From assembly GCA_963828165.1 (NCBI GenBank), contig CAWHDR010000001.1, positions 352,001 to 416,000 of the forward strand: a stretch of DNA of 64,000 nt, given 5' to 3'. Under the pieces are notes generated by a model. It did not search any database, was not told the DNA's origin, and saw only the letters and a program-made list of their open reading frames with translations. The translations under genes and the position numbers were made by a program. The stretch comes from an uncultured Chloroflexia bacterium (GTDB lineage Bacteria; Chloroflexota; Limnocylindria; Limnocylindrales; CSP1-4). Positions 38,161-47,190 of this stretch are shown here, piece by piece (position 1 is the stretch's first letter; every line of letters begins with the position of its first letter).

Positions 38161-39566
38161 TGTCCGATGGATCGCCCCCGATGACCGCCACCTTGTCCGG
38201 TACGTCCCACCCGGCGTCGACGACCGACCTCCCACCGGTCGAGCGGCGCGCCAGCTTGCCGGCCGGCTTCCGTGCCGGTGGACTGGCCGTCGGGATCAAA
38301 GCCTCCGGCCGGCCGGACCTCGCCGTCATCGCCACGACGGACGGTCCCGCCGCGGTCGCCGCGGTCTTCACGCCGAACGCGTTCGTGGCCGCGCCCGTCC
38401 GGCGGTCCAGGACCAATCTCGCGACCACGTCCGGCGACCCGCGAGGGGGCTTCGGCTGGGCTCGAGCCGTCGTCTCGACCAGCGGCTGCGCCAACGCGGC
38501 GACAGGGGCGGCCGGTGACGAGGATCAGGACCGCGTGGAGCGTCTGGTGGCGGGCGCGCTCGGGGTCGAGGGGACACATGTGCTCCACCTCTCGACCGGC
38601 ATCATCGGCACGCGTTTGCCACTCGACCGGGTTGCCGCAGGGCTTGATGCCCTGGTGCCACGGCTCACCTCCGATGATGCGGGGTTCGACGCCGCGGCCG
38701 GGGCCCTGCGCACGACGGACTCGGTCGCGAAGGTCGTCAGCACGACCGTGGAGCTGCCCGGACCGGACGAGGGTGGGCTCACCGTGACCATCACCGTCAG
38801 CGCTATCGCGAAGGGCGTCGGCATGATCCACCCGAACATGGCGACGATGCTGTCGGTGATCCTGACCGACGCTGCCGTGGAGCCGGCCGTGCTGTGGGGA
38901 CTCCTTCGGCCGGCCGCGGCCCGCACCTGGAACCAGCTGTCGGTCGATGGCGACACGAGCACGAACGACACCGTGTTCGTCCTGGCGTCCGGCGCGACAC
39001 CCAGCGCCCCGGTCACCGCCGGGAGCCCGGCTGCGATCGCCCTCGGCGGCGCGATCGAGGCGGTGGCGCGTGAGCTCGCGCGGCAACAGGCCGCCGACGG
39101 CGAGGGCGCGACGATCCTGATCACCGCCGCGGTCCGTGGTGCGAACGACGACGCGGACGCCCGGGCGGTCGCGCGTGCGGTCGTGTCGAGCAGCCTCGTC
39201 AAGGCCGCTGCGCACGGCAAGGACCCGAACTGGGGCCGGATCGCCGGGGCCGCGGGCAACGCCACCGTCGCTAGCGGCGCGGTCCTCGAGGCTGCGGGTC
39301 TGGACGGGGAAACGGCCGCGGCGCGCGCCGGACAGCCTGCGACCCTCGATCCTGACCGCCTGCGCATCTCGATCGCCGGTCATCTCGTCTTCGATGGCGC
39401 CCGGGGCGGCCCGCTCGACTTCGATCGCGCCGCGGCCCGCGCCGCGATGGACGCCCCCGAGCTCGTCATCGAGCTCGACCTCGGCCTCGGCAACGGCACC
39501 GGTGAAGCCTTCGGCTGCGACCTCACCGAGGCCTACGTCATCGAGAACAGCGAGTACACGACGTGA
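38160..39566 (+). CDS. argJ: Ornithine acetyltransferase / N-acetylglutamate synthase
   Basis: SGCANAATG, STGIIG, KGVGMIHPNMATML (autocleavage site), DGDTSTND, DGEGAT, DPNWGRI. Confidence 0.96.
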   Translation: MSDGSPPMTATLSGTSHPASTTDLPPVERRASLPAGFRAGGLAVGIKASGRPDLAVIATTDGPAAVAAVFTPNAFVAAPVRRSRTNLATTSGDPRGGFGWARAVVSTSGCANAATGAAGDEDQDRVERLVAGALGVEGTHVLHLSTGIIGTRLPLDRVAAGLDALVPRLTSDDAGFDAAAGALRTTDSVAKVVSTTVELPGPDEGGLTVTITVSAIAKGVGMIHPNMATMLSVILTDAAVEPAVLWGLLRPAAARTWNQLSVDGDTSTNDTVFVLASGATPSAPVTAGSPAAIALGGAIEAVARELARQQAADGEGATILITAAVRGANDDADARAVARAVVSSSLVKAAAHGKDPNWGRIAGAAGNATVASGAVLEAAGLDGETAAARAGQPATLDPDRLRISIAGHLVFDGARGGPLDFDRAAARAAMDAPELVIELDLGLGNGTGEAFGCDLTEAYVIENSEYTT

Positions 39567-40351
39567 GCGAGATCCTCGTCGTCAAGCTGGGCGGAACGAC
39601 GATCGCCGATCAGAGCCACGTCCTCGCGGATGTGGCCGCCATCGCGCGCCGGCGGCCGGTCGTCCTCGTCCACGGCGGTGGCAAGCGGATCACCGAGTGG
39701 CTCGAGCGCCTCGGCGTCCCGAGCCGGTTCGAGGGCGGCCTCCGCGTCACGGACGCCCAGTCCCTCGAGGTCGCCGCCGCCGTCCTGCGTGGCGTCGTCA
39801 ACAGCGAGCTGGTCGCCGCGCTCCGCGACCTGGGCGTGGATGCGGTCGGCCTGAGTGGCGTCGATGGCGGACTGCTCGTCGCAGAGCGCATCCCGGAGCT
39901 CGGGCTGGTCGCTCGCGTCACCGACCTGCGTCGCGACCTGCTCGATGCGATCCTCGTGGGCGGCCAGGTGCCCGTGGTGGCACCGCTTGCGCGCGATGCC
40001 GACGGGATCGTGTGCAACGTGAACGCCGACGATGCGGCGGCCGGCATCGCTGCCGGGCTCGGGGCCCGCCAGCTCGTGTTGCTGACCGATGTCGACGGGG
40101 TGCGTGATGCCGACGGTCGCAAGCTCGACACGCTCACCGTCGCCGAGGCGGAGCACCTGATCGATGGCGGCGTGATCGCCGGTGGGATGGTGCCCAAGGT
40201 CCGAGCGGCCTTGTCAGCGCTCGGCTGGGAAGGCTCGGAGGCGATCATCGCGGACTCGGCGGCGGAGCGCGCCCTGGAACGGGCGCTCGACGACCCGGCC
40301 TTCGGGACGCGCATCACCGCAGGGCGCGCCGCGCCGGTCGGAGCCGCGTGA
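39563..40351 (+). CDS. argB: Acetylglutamate kinase
   Basis: VVKLGG, VHGGG, GLRVTD, NVNADDAA, LTDVDGV, GGMVPKV. Confidence 0.96.
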   Translation: MSEILVVKLGGTTIADQSHVLADVAAIARRRPVVLVHGGGKRITEWLERLGVPSRFEGGLRVTDAQSLEVAAAVLRGVVNSELVAALRDLGVDAVGLSGVDGGLLVAERIPELGLVARVTDLRRDLLDAILVGGQVPVVAPLARDADGIVCNVNADDAAAGIAAGLGARQLVLLTDVDGVRDADGRKLDTLTVAEAEHLIDGGVIAGGMVPKVRAALSALGWEGSEAIIADSAAERALERALDDPAFGTRITAGRAAPVGAA

Positions 40352-40866
40352 CCCCGAGCCAGGAGCTCAAGCGCCTCCGCCAGCGGGCGATCCGGCAACT
40401 CGTCGCGTCTCGACCGGTCGGCAGCCAGCGCGAGCTGGTCGACGCGCTCGTGGAGCAGGGATTCGATGTCACGCAGGCCACGGTCAGCCGCGACATCACC
40501 GAGCTCGGGCTGCTGAAGGCACCGCGCGGCAACGGCAGTGCCAACGGCCACGCCTACGTCGCCCGAGAGGACGTCGCGGCCCCGTTGCCAGCTGCTTCAG
40601 ATGAACGCCTGCGCCGCATCCTGAGCGACGTCCCGGTCACCGTCGGACGAAGCGGCCTCATCCTCGTCCTCACCGGCACGCCGGGCACGGCCAGCGTCGT
40701 CGCGCAGGCCATCGACGAATCGACCCTCCACGAACAGGAGGGCACGCTGGCGGGCGACAATACGCTCCTGGTGCTGTTCGCCGACGAGCCACGCCTCGAG
40801 CGCTGGCTCGAGAAGTTCCGCGCCCTTCAGGACTCGCTCGCCATGACCGTCACATCCCCGTATTGA
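40348..40866 (+). CDS. argR: Arginine repressor
   Basis: SQ.ELV, VTQATVSRDI.ELG, PG.A, GTLAGDNT. Confidence 0.95.
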   Translation: MTPSQELKRLRQRAIRQLVASRPVGSQRELVDALVEQGFDVTQATVSRDITELGLLKAPRGNGSANGHAYVAREDVAAPLPAASDERLRRILSDVPVTVGRSGLILVLTGTPGTASVVAQAIDESTLHEQEGTLAGDNTLLVLFADEPRLERWLEKFRALQDSLAMTVTSPY

Positions 40867-40889
40867 GCTCGGAGGCTCCGTCGTCCGCC

Positions 40890-42173
40890 ATGAACAAGGT
40901 CGTCCTCGCCTACTCCGGCGGTCTCGATACCTCGGTCGCCGTCGCCTGGCTCAAGGAGCAGTACGGGGTCGAGGTCGTCACGCTGACCGTCGACCTCGGC
41001 GGTGGGTCATTGCGCCCCGGCGTCGAGGCACGGGCCATGTCGTCTGGGGCCTCGCGCGCCTACGTCGTCGACGGCCGCGAGCGCTTCGTGACCGACTTCG
41101 TCTGGCCCCACCTGCAGGCGAACGCGTTGTACCAGGGCGCGTACCCGCTGGCGACCGCGCTCGCCCGGCCGCTGATCGCACAGCTTCTCGTGGAGGTCGC
41201 CAAGCGCGAAGGCGCCGACGCGGTCGCCCATGGCTGCACGGGCAAGGGCAACGACCAGGTCCGTTTCGACGTCGCGACGCACGCGCTCGATCCGGGTCTC
41301 GAGGTCATCGCGCCGATGCGCGTCGGCATGGGGCTGACCCGCGACCAGGAGATCGACTACGCGAACGAGCGCGGCATCGAGATCCCGATCACCAAGGAAT
41401 CCCCGTACTCGATCGACGTCAACCTGTGGGGCCGCTCCTGCGAGACCGGCGTCCTGGAGGACCCGTGGGTCACCCCACCGCCGGATGCGTACGAGTGGAC
41501 CGTCGACCCATCACACGCGCCCGACGCCGTGGACGTCACGATCGAGTTCGAGGGCGGGGTGCCGGTCGCCCTCGATGGTGAACGCCTGGTGCCGGTGGCC
41601 CTCGTGGAGCAGCTGCACGACCTCGGCGGAAAGCACGGCGTCGGCCGCATCGATCACGTCGAGGACCGCCTCGTCGGCATCAAGAGCCGCGAGATCTACG
41701 AGACACCGGCCGCGACGATCCTCCATACCGCACACCACGCGCTCGAGGGGCTGACGCTGTCGCGCGACACGCTCCGCTTCAACCGGCTCGTGGCCGACGA
41801 GTTGTCACGCCTCATCTACGACGGCCTGTGGTTCAGTGCGCTGTCGCGCGACCTGCGTTCGTACGTGGCGTCGTCGCAGCGCGTGGTCTCGGGCGAGGTC
41901 CGGGTCCGGTTGGACCACGGGCAGGCGATCGTCGCGGGACGCCGTTCGCCGTTGTCGCTGTACGACAAGAGCCTCGCGACCTACGACGAGGGCGATGCCT
42001 TCGACCATGCCTCGGCCGTCGGGTTCATCGAGATCTTCGGGCTGCCGCTCCGGGTGGAGGCGGCGCGCCATGGCGCCGTCGGGGCGCGCCACGGGGCTGC
42101 CTGGAGCTGGACGGACCCGCTGCTCGACGGGCTGCCGACCTCGGTGACCGATCCGGAGCCGGCCGCCGTCTAG
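40890..42173 (+). CDS. argG: Argininosuccinate synthase
   Basis: VVLAYSGGLDTS, HGCTGKGNDQVRF, YSID.NLWGRS, GIKSREIYETP. Confidence 0.97.
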   Translation: MNKVVLAYSGGLDTSVAVAWLKEQYGVEVVTLTVDLGGGSLRPGVEARAMSSGASRAYVVDGRERFVTDFVWPHLQANALYQGAYPLATALARPLIAQLLVEVAKREGADAVAHGCTGKGNDQVRFDVATHALDPGLEVIAPMRVGMGLTRDQEIDYANERGIEIPITKESPYSIDVNLWGRSCETGVLEDPWVTPPPDAYEWTVDPSHAPDAVDVTIEFEGGVPVALDGERLVPVALVEQLHDLGGKHGVGRIDHVEDRLVGIKSREIYETPAATILHTAHHALEGLTLSRDTLRFNRLVADELSRLIYDGLWFSALSRDLRSYVASSQRVVSGEVRVRLDHGQAIVAGRRSPLSLYDKSLATYDEGDAFDHASAVGFIEIFGLPLRVEAARHGAVGARHGAAWSWTDPLLDGLPTSVTDPEPAAV

Positions 42174-42193
42174 GCGAACGGCGCGGGCCACGA

Positions 42194-42370
42194 TCAGGCT
42201 GTGGCCGACTCCTGCGTTCCGCCGTCGAGAACGCGGAATCGCTGGAGAACCTCGATGGCCGCGAGGAGCTGACGGCAGAAGTCGTCCCGCTCCCCTTCTG
42301 ACAACCCCAGCCAGCGCACGGCGAAGTCGCGCTCGCCGGGTTCGAGTGCCGCCCAGTCGTCGTCTGTCAT
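42194..42370 (-). CDS. Small hypothetical protein (58 aa)
   Basis: GAGGGG RBS-like site before ATG; plausible composition; no recognised family. Confidence 0.45.
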   Translation of the reverse strand: MTDDDWAALEPGERDFAVRWLGLSEGERDDFCRQLLAAIEVLQRFRVLDGGTQESATA

Positions 42371-42435
42371 GCCAACCCCTCGACGCGTCTCCCGCGACCA
42401 CAGACTCCGGCGCGACGGGACGGTACTACGCATCA

Positions 42436-42462
42436 TGCAATGCCCGTGCAAGCCCTTCGCAA
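42436..42462 (+). promoter_or_regulatory. Putative OmpR-family triple direct-repeat binding site
   Basis: TGCAA-tgcccg-TGCAA-gccctt-CGCAA, 11-bp period, starting 114 bp upstream of the csbD-like gene. Confidence 0.55.
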
Positions 42463-42549
42463 GGTGCCCTCCGAGCCCATGGGCCGCGACCTTGTCGCCG
42501 CATCGGGTTACATAGGACCTGCCCCCGGATCACGCACTCGAGGAGAGTC

Positions 42550-42765
42550 ATGCTTGACCAGCAGACGCGCCAACAGCTCCAGACCAAGTTCCAGGAGATC
42601 AAGCCGCAGCTGAAGGGCCAGTTCAGCGGCCTGACTGACCAGGACCTCGACGTCGGTCGGTCCGATCCGGACACGCTGATCGAGACGATCAGCCGAAAGA
42701 CCGGGCAGAACCGCGAGGTCGTGGAGCAGACCGTGCGCAAGCTGGTGACGACGTCCACCTACTAG
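42550..42765 (+). CDS. CsbD/YjbJ-like general stress protein
   Basis: GAGGAG RBS; F.EIK.QLK.QF.GLTDQDL....D.L...I.RKTG..RE.VE resembles YjbJ. Confidence 0.8.
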   Translation: MLDQQTRQQLQTKFQEIKPQLKGQFSGLTDQDLDVGRSDPDTLIETISRKTGQNREVVEQTVRKLVTTSTY

Positions 42766-42778
42766 ACGCGTGACCACG

Positions 42779-42817
42779 CGACGGGTCGGTCCCGAAAGGG
42801 CCGACCCGTCGTCTTTG
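42779..42817 (+). terminator. Intrinsic terminator
   Basis: CGACGGGTCGGTCCC-GAAA-GGGCCGACCCGTCG followed by TCTTTG. Confidence 0.75.
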
Positions 42818-42935
42818 TGTTCGGTCTGCCGGCCGCAGCCTGCCGAAGGCGCTCACGCCGTCTGCGCGCGTCGTCCGGGCCAGGTGCCCAGAGCTCGCCG
42901 GTGGCGGCCCGGTCACCAGCGCTGCATGGCCTCAG

Positions 42936-44150
42936 CTAGCTCCCGTCGAGCCGCTCCAGCGCGGTGGCCGCCAGGACCCGCCCGATGGCCAGCGAGCTGG
43001 TCGCCGCCGGGGACGGAGCGTTCCGGACGTGCAGCACGCGTCCACGCCCACCCAGGCTGAAGTCGTCCACCATCGAGCCGTCCCGCGCGAGCGCCTGTGC
43101 CCGCACGCCTGACGGCCCGAACCGCAGCTGGTCGCCTCGAATCTCGGGAACATAGCGCTGGAGCTCGCGGACGAACGCGGGCTTCCAGAGGTCCCGCCAC
43201 ATCTCCCCGAGACCGGTGCGCAGGTACCGGCGCGCGAGGCGCTGGAACCCGCGGTAGCCGAGGGTGGACGCGAGGTCTCGCACCCGGACGTCCCGCCGCC
43301 GATAGCCCTCCCGCGCGAACGCGAGCACGGCATTCGGACCGGCCCATACCGCCCCGTCGATGCGCCGCGTGAAGTGGACGCCGAGGAACGGGAAGCGCGG
43401 GTCCGGCACGGGATAGATCAGCCCCCGAACCAGCCCGACCGCAGACGGATCGAGCGTGTAGTAGTCGCCCCGGAACGGCACGATCCGCGGATCGTCGTCA
43501 TCGCCGGTCATCCGCGCGAGCCGGTCGGCATGAAGCCCGGCACAGGCCACGACGAGTGACGCGACGCGATCCGCGCCATCCGGCCCGCGAACCACCACCT
43601 CGGCCCCCCGCGTGTCGATATCGGCGACGGCCCAGGACGTGACGATCTCGGCGCCTCGCGCCCTGATCTCCTCGGCCATCGCCAGCGCGACGCGCCGGAA
43701 ATCGATGATTCCGGTCCCCGGGCTCCAGAGCCCCTGGATGCCCGCGGCGTGCGGTTCGATCTCGAGGATGCGCTCACGGCCGACATCCTCGAGGCCAGGC
43801 ACGCCGTTCGCCACGGCCCGCTCGCGCAACGCGGCGAGTCGTGGCAACTCGCCGTCATCGAGCGCGACCACGAGCTTGCCGCAGCGATCGAACGGGATGC
43901 CGTGGGCCTCGGCGAAGGCTTCGACATCGGCCTTGCCCTCGCGGCAGAGTCGTGCCTTGAGCGAACCGGGCGCGTAGTACAGGCCGGCGTGGAGGACGCC
44001 GCTGTTGTGACCGGTCTGGTGGGTCGCGAGCTCAGCTTCCTTTTCGACCACCGTCACGCGCAGGTCCGGCCGAGCCTCCAGCAGCCGGTACGCGGTCGCG
44101 AGGCCGACGATCCCTCCACCGATGACGATGACGCTGGTGCGGTCGGTCAT
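42936..44150 (-). CDS. lhgO: L-2-hydroxyglutarate oxidase
   Basis: GGGIVG, HQTGHNSGVLHAGLYY.PGSLKA, PFRGDYY, LIYPVPDPRFPFLGVH, NAPSPAATSSLAIG. Confidence 0.95.
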   Translation of the reverse strand: MTDRTSVIVIGGGIVGLATAYRLLEARPDLRVTVVEKEAELATHQTGHNSGVLHAGLYYAPGSLKARLCREGKADVEAFAEAHGIPFDRCGKLVVALDDGELPRLAALRERAVANGVPGLEDVGRERILEIEPHAAGIQGLWSPGTGIIDFRRVALAMAEEIRARGAEIVTSWAVADIDTRGAEVVVRGPDGADRVASLVVACAGLHADRLARMTGDDDDPRIVPFRGDYYTLDPSAVGLVRGLIYPVPDPRFPFLGVHFTRRIDGAVWAGPNAVLAFAREGYRRRDVRVRDLASTLGYRGFQRLARRYLRTGLGEMWRDLWKPAFVRELQRYVPEIRGDQLRFGPSGVRAQALARDGSMVDDFSLGGRGRVLHVRNAPSPAATSSLAIGRVLAATALERLDGS

Positions 44151-44245
44151 GCTGCGGACGATACCGGGTACGCGGATGCGGAGCGGTCAGCGGGGCGCGG
44201 TTTCGAAGCCCGCTGCCGCGCGCCGGCTACCGGTCCGGCGAAACC

Positions 44246-45352
44246 TCATCGGGCCCCGACCACGCGGGTCTCCTCGGAGCGCAGGTGGGCATAGCCAGGC
44301 TTGACGACCTCGTTGATGAGCCGCAAGCGCTCGTCGAAGGGCGCAAACGCGGACTTCAGGGCGTTGATCGTCAGCCACTCCATCTCGCCGAGGCCGATGC
44401 CGAACGCCGCGTCGAGGGCCGCGAACTCGCTGCTCATGGAGACGCCGCTCATGAGCCGGTTGTCGGTGTTGACGGTGACCCGGAACCGAAGTCGACGGAG
44501 GAGATCGATCGGATGGTCGGCGACGGAGGCCGCGGCGCCCGTATGCACGTTCGAGGTCGGGCACATCTCGAGCGGTACCCGCCGGTCGCGGACGAACGTG
44601 GCGAGCCGACCCAGCTCGACGGAGCCGTCGTCGCGGACCGTGATGTCGTCGACGATCCGGACGCCGTGCCCGAGCCGCTCGGCGCCCGCGAACTGGAGCG
44701 CCTCCCAGATCGACGGCAGCCCGAACAATTTACCGGCATGGATGGTGATGTGGAAGTTCTCGCGGCGGATGTACTCGAAGGCATCGAGGTAGCGGGTCGG
44801 CGGATAGCCCTTCTCCGGCCCCGCGACGTCGAACCCGACGACGCCCGCGTCGCGCCAGCGGACCGCGCATTCCGCGACCTCGACGGAGCGGGCGGCCTGG
44901 CGCATGGCCGTCACGAGCATCTTCATGACGATCGGATGGCCGGCCGAGGCGGCCCGCTCGGCCCCGACCTTGAACCCCTCGAGGTTCGCGGCGACGACCT
45001 CGTCGAGCGTCATGCCCCGTTCCGTCGAGAGCTCCGGGGCGTAGCGCACCTCAGCGTAGGCCACGCCGTCCGCGGCGAGATCCTCGGCGCACTCCGCGGC
45101 GACGCGGACGATGGCGTCGCGTTCCTGCATGACGCCGACGGTGTGGGCGAAGGTCTCGAGGTAGAGCTCGAGCGACTTGCGGTCGGCGCCGCGACGGATA
45201 TGCGCCGCGAGTTCGTCGGGGTCGGTCGTCGGCAAACCGGTGTAGCCGTATTCCGCGGCCAGGTCGACGATCGTGGCCGGTCGCAGGCCGCCGTCCAGAT
45301 GGTCGTGCAGGAGGGCCTTGGGTGCCGCCTGGATCGTCTCGGGTCGCAACAT
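44246..45352 (-). CDS. add: Adenosine deaminase (catalytic HAGE motif reads HAGK here)
   Basis: [35 protein letters not shown]. Confidence 0.92.
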   Translation of the reverse strand: MLRPETIQAAPKALLHDHLDGGLRPATIVDLAAEYGYTGLPTTDPDELAAHIRRGADRKSLELYLETFAHTVGVMQERDAIVRVAAECAEDLAADGVAYAEVRYAPELSTERGMTLDEVVAANLEGFKVGAERAASAGHPIVMKMLVTAMRQAARSVEVAECAVRWRDAGVVGFDVAGPEKGYPPTRYLDAFEYIRRENFHITIHAGKLFGLPSIWEALQFAGAERLGHGVRIVDDITVRDDGSVELGRLATFVRDRRVPLEMCPTSNVHTGAAASVADHPIDLLRRLRFRVTVNTDNRLMSGVSMSSEFAALDAAFGIGLGEMEWLTINALKSAFAPFDERLRLINEVVKPGYAHLRSEETRVVGAR

Positions 45353-45396
45353 CGTCGCCCGATGGTACAAGGCGCCGATGGCATGATGGCTCCGCG

Positions 45397-45681
45397 ATGA
45401 CAACCTCGGCGCACGGTTCCGGCGGTGGTTTCGACCTCATGCTCGAGCTCGACACGGACGCACTCCTGCCTGGCCGCCTGGTCGATGGACGCCTGCACGT
45501 CACGGCAAAGGAACCTGGCGAGTTCCGCGCTGCACGGGTTTCGCTCGTGGGTACGGAGACGTGGCGGTTCGACGAGACGACGACCGACGCGCACGGCAAC
45601 ACCCGGACCGAGACGCAGACGGCCGAGGAGGAACTACCCAAGGTGCCGGTCGCGGTGCTCGGAACGACAACCGAGATCTGA
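45397..45681 (+). pseudogene. Truncated or internally deleted arrestin/SpoOM-like protein
   Basis: LELD...LPG..VDGRL.V......RAARVSLVG.E.W resembles the first strands of an arrestin-N fold, but the ORF stops after 94 aa. Confidence 0.5.
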
Positions 45682-45716
45682 CTCGGCGTCCTCGAGACGT
45701 CCCGCGGCCCGATGAC

Positions 45717-47141
45717 TCAGCCGGGCGCGGCATCCAGACGCGCGCGAGCGGCACGGAGGGCCGCGGCGACCCGCACGGGGGCCGTGCCACCGACGACGTC
45801 GGAGGTCGCCAGGGCGCTGTCCAGGGACGCGGCCGCGCGCAGGGTGTCGCCGATCCCCTCTTCCGCGGCGAGGGTCTTCGCGCCCTCGTCGCCGCTCGCC
45901 CCAAGCGCCAGGCCGATCATCGAGTCGGGCACGTCATGGAGTCCCACGCCCGCCTCCTCGGCCTGAACCACGAGCGAGCCCACCACGTGGTGCGCGACAC
46001 GGAACGGGATGCCGCGCCGGACCAGCGCGTCGGCGACGGCCGTCGCGGTCGTGTAGCCCTCGTCCGCGGCCGCGCGCATGCGGTCGCGATCCACGGTCAG
46101 GGTATCCAGCATCCCCGCGAGCACTCCCAGGCTCGCCTCGAACACGGCCACCGCATCGAACAGCGGCGCCTTGTCCTCCTGCAGGTCGCGCTGATAGCCG
46201 AGCGGCAGGCCCTTGAGCAGCGCCAGCATCCCGGTAAGCGACCCGATGACACGCGCCGCCCGGCCGCGGACGAGCTCGGCCGGGTCCGGGTTCTTCTTGT
46301 TCGGCATGATCGACGAGCCGGTGGAGAACGCGTCGCTCGCGCGGACGAACCCGAACCGTGGGTTGGACCACCACGTGATCTCCTCGGCCAGGCGACTCAG
46401 ATGGACCATCCCGAGCGCGATGGCCGCGACCGTCTCGACGACGAAATCGCGATCGCCGACGGCGTCGAGCGAATTGGCCGTGACCCCATCGAACCCGAGT
46501 TCGGCCGCGGTGGCCTCGCGATCGAGCGGGTAGCCCGCGCCCGCCAGCGCACCGGACCCGAGCGGCGAGACGTTGGCCCGCCGGCGAGCGTCCGCGAGGC
46601 GACCGCGATCGCGCTCCGCCATCTCCACGTACGCGAGCAGGTGGTGGGCGAACAGCACGGGCTGTGCGGGCTGGATGTGGGTCGTCCCGGGCAGCACGGC
46701 CGTGCCCTCGCGTTCGGCCAGGCCGACGAGCGCCCGCTCGAAATCGAGCAGCGCCGCGTCCAGTCGGTCGATCGCGCGCCGGAGCCAGAGCCGCAGGTCG
46801 GTCGCGACCTGGTCGTTTCGTGAGCGGCCGGTGTGCAGCTTGCCCGCAACGGCGCCGATGCGGTCGGCCAGGGCCGACTCGAGGTTGAGGTGGACGTCCT
46901 CGAGCGCCGGGTCCCAGTCGATGGCTCCGGCCGCCACCGCCTCGGCGAGCCCGTTCAGGCCGCCGACCAGCTCGTCGAGCTCGTCATCGGTGAGCAGGCC
47001 CGCGCGCGCCAGCCCGCGGACATGTGCGATCGAGCCCGTGATGTCGTCGGCGGCCAGCTCGCGATCGAGCTCGATCGAGCGCGTGAAGTCGGCGACCCGC
47101 TCGTCGTTCTCCTCGCTGAACCGCCCGCCCCACAGTCGCAT
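45717..47141 (-). CDS. argH: Argininosuccinate lyase
   Basis: LWGGRF, EDVH, KLHTGRSRNDQVATD, STGSSIMPNKKNPD, RDLQEDK. Confidence 0.97.
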   Translation of the reverse strand: MRLWGGRFSEENDERVADFTRSIELDRELAADDITGSIAHVRGLARAGLLTDDELDELVGGLNGLAEAVAAGAIDWDPALEDVHLNLESALADRIGAVAGKLHTGRSRNDQVATDLRLWLRRAIDRLDAALLDFERALVGLAEREGTAVLPGTTHIQPAQPVLFAHHLLAYVEMAERDRGRLADARRRANVSPLGSGALAGAGYPLDREATAAELGFDGVTANSLDAVGDRDFVVETVAAIALGMVHLSRLAEEITWWSNPRFGFVRASDAFSTGSSIMPNKKNPDPAELVRGRAARVIGSLTGMLALLKGLPLGYQRDLQEDKAPLFDAVAVFEASLGVLAGMLDTLTVDRDRMRAAADEGYTTATAVADALVRRGIPFRVAHHVVGSLVVQAEEAGVGLHDVPDSMIGLALGASGDEGAKTLAAEEGIGDTLRAAASLDSALATSDVVGGTAPVRVAAALRAARARLDAAPG

Positions 47142-47190
47142 GCCGCCTCCGTTCGTGTGCGGGCCATGCTAGCGGGTCGCCCGTGTACCC

